From Bacteroidales bacterium (GTDB lineage Bacteria; Bacteroidota; Bacteroidia; Bacteroidales; UBA4417), in NCBI GenBank assembly GCA_038322655.1, contig JBBQGD010000003.1:1-51885 (forward strand): 51,885 nt of DNA, given 5' to 3'. The notes under the pieces are model-generated. The model was not told the DNA's origin and searched no databases. It saw nothing but the letters and a program-made list of their open reading frames with translations. A program made the translations under genes and the position numbers. Shown here one piece after another: positions 47,998 through 51,885 of the stretch (its first letter is position 1; each line of letters starts with the position of its first letter).

Positions 47998-49011
47998 ATG
48001 GCAGCTTCATTTCAGGATCGACTCATAATTGTCTTCCTTGCACTTATTCTTAATGGATTCCCAGGACTTAATGCACAGACTGAATCGGCTGATATAAATT
48101 TAGCTGATTCAGGAGGAATTAATTCTGATACATCCATTTATCAACATTCACATTTCAAGCCGCGTTTTAGTACCGATTTGTCCGAATTAGTCAAAGAAAC
48201 ATCGGGCCTGTTATTTTTCAACAACCAACTCTGGACAATTAACGATAGCGGAAACAAGCCGGAGATCTATCAACTTAATACTTCAAACGGAAGTATTGTG
48301 CGAAAGGTTGTAATCCGTAATTCAGTTAATATAGACTGGGAAAGCATTACCCAGGATGAGAAAAATGTATACATAGGCGATTTTGGGAATAATGCCGGAA
48401 ACAGAAAAGACCTTTGTATTTTGAAAGTTCCAAAATCTGATTTCCTTAGCAATGTTAATGATACGGTGGAAGCTGCGTATATTCACTTTTTCTATCCCGA
48501 TCAAACTCATTTCGAAACTGCTGTAAATAAGAATAATTTTGATTGCGAGGCTTTTTTCTTTCAAAATGATTCGCTCCACCTTTTCAGTAAAAATTGGTCG
48601 GACTTGCAGACAAAACATTATGTTCTGCCTGTTGAACCCGGAAATTATAAAGCCCGCCTGGCAGAGAGTTTTAATGCTGAAGGTCTGATAACTGATGCAT
48701 CAATAAATAGCCAGGGTAATATTGTGTTGTTAGGATATAAAAATAAACGGGGAAATTCATATTCTTGTTTTGCATGGTTGCTTTCAGGGTACAAAGGTCA
48801 GTTCTATTTTAGCGGAACCAGGAGAACAGTGAATTTAGGGTCCGCTTTTCACCTTGGCCAAACGGAAGGAATTGTACTCAAAGAAGATAACACCGGCTGG
48901 CTATCATCCGAGAGTATTCAGTCAGGTTGGATACATAGACCAGCTAAACTGTTCAGTTTTAACTTTGATAGCTATTTTGGAATCAGGGGTAAAGTAAGGT
49001 ATAAGAAGTAA
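47998..49011 (+). CDS. Exported beta-propeller-like hypothetical protein
   Basis: Signal peptide; ETSGL, WTINDSG, DWESI, YIGDFGNN, FDCEA, GQTEGI motifs. Confidence 0.8.
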   Translation: MAASFQDRLIIVFLALILNGFPGLNAQTESADINLADSGGINSDTSIYQHSHFKPRFSTDLSELVKETSGLLFFNNQLWTINDSGNKPEIYQLNTSNGSIVRKVVIRNSVNIDWESITQDEKNVYIGDFGNNAGNRKDLCILKVPKSDFLSNVNDTVEAAYIHFFYPDQTHFETAVNKNNFDCEAFFFQNDSLHLFSKNWSDLQTKHYVLPVEPGNYKARLAESFNAEGLITDASINSQGNIVLLGYKNKRGNSYSCFAWLLSGYKGQFYFSGTRRTVNLGSAFHLGQTEGIVLKEDNTGWLSSESIQSGWIHRPAKLFSFNFDSYFGIRGKVRYKK

Positions 49012-49057
49012 GGCGTAAGGTATAAGGTATAAGGTATAAGGTATAAGGTATAAGGAA
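48995..49057. repeat. Heptamer tandem array (TAAGGTA)
   Basis: Five perfect TAAGGTA at 49016-49050 plus flanking units; spans the stop at 49009-49011. Confidence 0.95.
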
Positions 49058-49200
49058 GAAGATGTAGTGCGTGAAATAAGTACCTGGCAAATGAGTATTT
49101 TTTTAGATAGATTATAAATTTATAAAAGGAACTTCTGGTAATTGTCAATGTGTAAATGCTTAGAGGCAAATATTGTTTTTTGCAATTATAGCTTTTTTAT

Positions 49201-49276
49201 AAAATCATGAATAGTTTCTTATTCCAGAGCTAAATGAATAAGAAACAACTATGTACGATCATACTTTCATGATTTT
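49201..49276. other. Nested inverted repeat (two perfect 11-bp stems)
   Basis: AAAATCATGAA/TTCATGATTTT encloses GTTTCTTATTC/GAATAAGAAAC. Confidence 0.75.
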
Positions 49277-49393
49277 TGGCTGAGTTCTTACAAAAATCTT
49301 CCATCATACTGATTCTTTTTTGGCTTGTACGAAACACACAGGCTTTCTTTTTTTCGTATATTGCACTTTAATATTAACTGCGATAATGTAGTA

Positions 49394-51885
49394 ATGCAAA
49401 AAACTAAGAAATTCGGGACATTCAGCGGGGTTTTCACACCATCGATTCTTACGATTCTTGGTGTGATCATGTACCTGCGTTTTCCTGCCATTATCGGACA
49501 GGCAGGATTAATAAATACGATCGGGATCATCATTATAGCGCATATAATTTCTTTTTCTACCAGTTTGAGCGTTGCTTCGCTTTCAACTGACAAGACTGTA
49601 AAAACCGGGGGCACCTACTTTATGATTTCACGGAGCCTGGGTTTGCCAATAGGAGGGACGCTTGGCCTGGCACTTTTTGTTGGACTCTCATTTAGTGTAA
49701 GTCTGTATCTGATAGGTTTTGCCGAAAGTTTTCTGGCATACTGGAATCTGGGTTCTTCAATCAACTCTATCAGACTCACCGGCACAATTATATTATTGGT
49801 GGTAACTATAGTCACATTTATCAGTACCAAACTTGCCATTCGGTCGCAGTATTTCATTATGGGTGCTATTGTGCTTTCACTCCTTTCCATTTTCTTCGGC
49901 AACCACGATTATGCACCTACTACCATTCATTTTGTTCCATTGGCAACTACAGCTCCTTTTATGGTGCTTTTTGGCATTTTCTTTCCTGCGGTAACAGGTT
50001 TCGAAGCCGGTGTATCTATGTCGGGGGACCTGAAAAACGCTAAAAAATCATTACCTCTCGGGGCTGTTGCTGCAGTAACGGTCGGTTTTATTGTTTACAT
50101 CTGCCTTGCATTTTTTTTTACATATTCTGTTGATGCTGAAGCCTTACAAAATGATAAAGATATACTCTTTAAAATAGCGCTCGTACCCCAACTGGTTATT
50201 ATAGGAATATGGGGTGCAACACTTTCATCGGCATTTGGAAGTATTTTAGGAGCACCTCGTATTCTGCAGGCCATAGCAATGGATAAAATAGCGCCCCGGA
50301 TATTTGCGATAGGCAAGGGGGACACGAATGAACCCAGAAACGCACTACTGTTAACCTTTGTAATTGCCGAAGCCGGCATTCTTATTGGCCAGCTGGATCT
50401 GATTGCCCGCATTGTTTCCATGTTTTTTATCACAACCTACGCATTCCTGAACCTGGCATCAGCTATCGAAAGCTGGTCGAGTTCCGATTTCAGGCCTGCT
50501 TTTAAAATTCCGCGATTTATAAGCATCCTGGGTGCCACTGCCGCATTTATTGTAATGATTCTTCTCGATTTCCTGGCCCTGGCGGGTGCCGTTGTAGTGC
50601 TTGGGGTACTTTTCTTCTACCTCAAACGAAAGGAACTGTCGCTTGAATCAGGTGATGCGTGGAGCAGTTTCTGGACAAATCTGGCCAAGCACTCGTTGCT
50701 TGAATTAACGAGAGGGAAAACCAATACCCGAAACTGGAGGCCAAATATTATTCTTTTTAGTGGTGGCGAACAGGCCCGTCCGCATTTGGTAGAATTAGGA
50801 CTTGCTATGTCCGGAAAACTCGGAGCCCTGACTGATTTTGAACTGATTTTGAGTTCCGATAACAAGAATAGTATAAAAATAGTTCCTCTACAGGAAAGCG
50901 GGAAAAGTAAACAAAACATTTTTAAACGGCAGTTTATCTGCGATAGTATCGAGAATGGAATAAAATCTGTTACAAGTGTCTACGGTTTCAGTGGATTTGA
51001 GCCAAATACCATCATGATGGGCTGGAGTCGCGATGTACAAAATCCGGGCTTTCTGGTAAATGTGCTTACTGATTTCAGAAAAAAAGATCTGAATGCAGTT
51101 TTTCTGGATTATGATAAGAATAATGGGTTTGGCAAAAAAGAAAACATAGACATCTGGTGGAATGGGAAAGGACGCCATTTAAACTTCGCTTTAAGCCTAC
51201 TGAAGTTTATACTATCGGATCCTAAATGGCGTGATGCGAGGGTTCGGATAATGATCATTAATAACGACATTACAGTTACGGACAGGCTTTACCGAAAAAC
51301 AAACATGCTGCTGGAGGAAAAGAGGATAACTGCTAATGTAAAAATTATCAGCAACGACTTTGGAACTCGCAGTAACCTAATGATTATCAACAGCGAATCA
51401 GCTAATACTGACCTGGTATTATTGGGTATTTCACACCTGGACACTATATCTACCGGGCAGTACATTGAATCAGTAAGCCATATCTCGGAATTGCCGGCAA
51501 GCCTTCTTATTTTAAGCCCGTCAGAAGAATTTGAAGAAATAAATCTAATTGATTCATCTGTAAAACAAAATATAGAAGAAGATTCTGAATCAAATTTACC
51601 TGAGTTAAATCCTATCCCGGCTATCGAAAATAAAGATCTGAGGGTGAGAATTGAAAAACTTGAAGAGAATTTACAATCAATCAGTACTGTTTTCATTGAA
51701 AAAGCTATAAATGAAGCAGTTCATTCCCAATTGGGTTATATCGAAATGTTGCATGAATATACAGAGTCGAACCTCCGGAAACTTGAAAAGGCATTGGAGG
51801 AAGAGTCGGCAATTCAACTTACAAAAACCATCAACAAACTTCACTTTGGATTTTTGAATTTCTGCACCGATCTTTTTGAAAAGCA
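49394..51885 (+). CDS. Cation-chloride cotransporter (SLC12/CCC-like APC permease), runs off window end
   Basis: Manual translation MQKTKKFGTFSGVFTPSILTILGVIMYLR, GGTYFMISRSLG, FFPAVTGFEAGVSMSGDL, LSSAFGSILGAPRILQA, NWRP, IDIWW; same frame at all points checked. Not in the ORF track. Confidence 0.93.
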   Translation, partial: MQKTKKFGTFSGVFTPSILTILGVIMYLRFPAIIGQAGLINTIGIIIIAHIISFSTSLSVASLSTDKTVKTGGTYFMISRSLGLPIGGTLGLALFVGLSFSVSLYLIGFAESFLAYWNLGSSINSIRLTGTIILLVVTIVTFISTKLAIRSQYFIMGAIVLSLLSIFFGNHDYAPTTIHFVPLATTAPFMVLFGIFFPAVTGFEAGVSMSGDLKNAKKSLPLGAVAAVTVGFIVYICLAFFFTYSVDAEALQNDKDILFKIALVPQLVIIGIWGATLSSAFGSILGAPRILQAIAMDKIAPRIFAIGKGDTNEPRNALLLTFVIAEAGILIGQLDLIARIVSMFFITTYAFLNLASAIESWSSSDFRPAFKIPRFISILGATAAFIVMILLDFLALAGAVVVLGVLFFYLKRKELSLESGDAWSSFWTNLAKHSLLELTRGKTNTRNWRPNIILFSGGEQARPHLVELGLAMSGKLGALTDFELILSSDNKNSIKIVPLQESGKSKQNIFKRQFICDSIENGIKSVTSVYGFSGFEPNTIMMGWSRDVQNPGFLVNVLTDFRKKDLNAVFLDYDKNNGFGKKENIDIWWNGKGRHLNFALSLLKFILSDPKWRDARVRIMIINNDITVTDRLYRKTNMLLEEKRITANVKIISNDFGTRSNLMIINSESANTDLVLLGISHLDTISTGQYIESVSHISELPASLLILSPSEEFEEINLIDSSVKQNIEEDSESNLPELNPIPAIENKDLRVRIEKLEENLQSISTVFIEKAINEAVHSQLGYIEMLHEYTESNLRKLEKALEEESAIQLTKTINKLHFGFLNFCTDLFEK

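Noticed and set aside
2202-48618. Many short ORFs antisense or out of frame within long genes (e.g. 2202..2642, 18949..19428, 24195..24683, 37199..37783)
   Set aside because: Nested in well-supported genes and lacking recognisable motifs.
5381-49057. Repeat arrays as CRISPR
   Set aside because: Units are 7 nt and contiguous with no spacers; no cas genes.
48972-49169. 65-aa minus-strand ORF (PYTLYLIPYTLYL)
   Set aside because: Translation artefact of the TAAGGTA array.
49288-51696. Six minus-strand ORFs in the track
   Set aside because: Antisense shadows of the plus-strand cotransporter, which the track missed because it has no stop in the window.

Overview
AT-rich chromosomal segment from a Bacteroidota organism, most likely order Bacteroidales (TAnnTTTG -7 promoter boxes, no Shine-Dalgarno signals, Bacteroidales-type insertion in Pgk, coaX-OMP-TPR-lptC-CBS-PPIase cluster). 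About 45 CDS, mostly housekeeping or envelope genes: rpmA/rplU, a YtxH/holin-like triplet, aldehyde dehydrogenase, ABC-F ATPase, polyprenyl synthase, rfbA, MMPL/RND transporter, an accessory-looking run of small genes (DUF6544-, DUF3788-, UbiA-, methyltransferase-, TfoX- and DUF6855-like), FLVCR-like MFS, CtpA, coaX-lptC cluster, a stand-alone mrdA-rodA pair without mreBCD, tryptophanase, SPFH, pgk, cvpA, mlaEF, SprT, manC, DPP7, propeller/Omp85-like proteins and a truncated SLC12-type cation-chloride cotransporter. I saw no tRNA, rRNA, CRISPR, transposase, integrase or defence system. The most interesting signals are non-coding: (i) two convergent sRNA-like units flanking mrdA-rodA that share CAACTATA just before a terminator, one with an ECF-type promoter; (ii) a Trp-free uORF plus long hairpin in the tnaA leader; (iii) period-7 tandem arrays at gene 3' ends; (iv) a branched inverted repeat upstream of the cotransporter. 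All four are hypotheses from reading by eye; no searches or folding were run.
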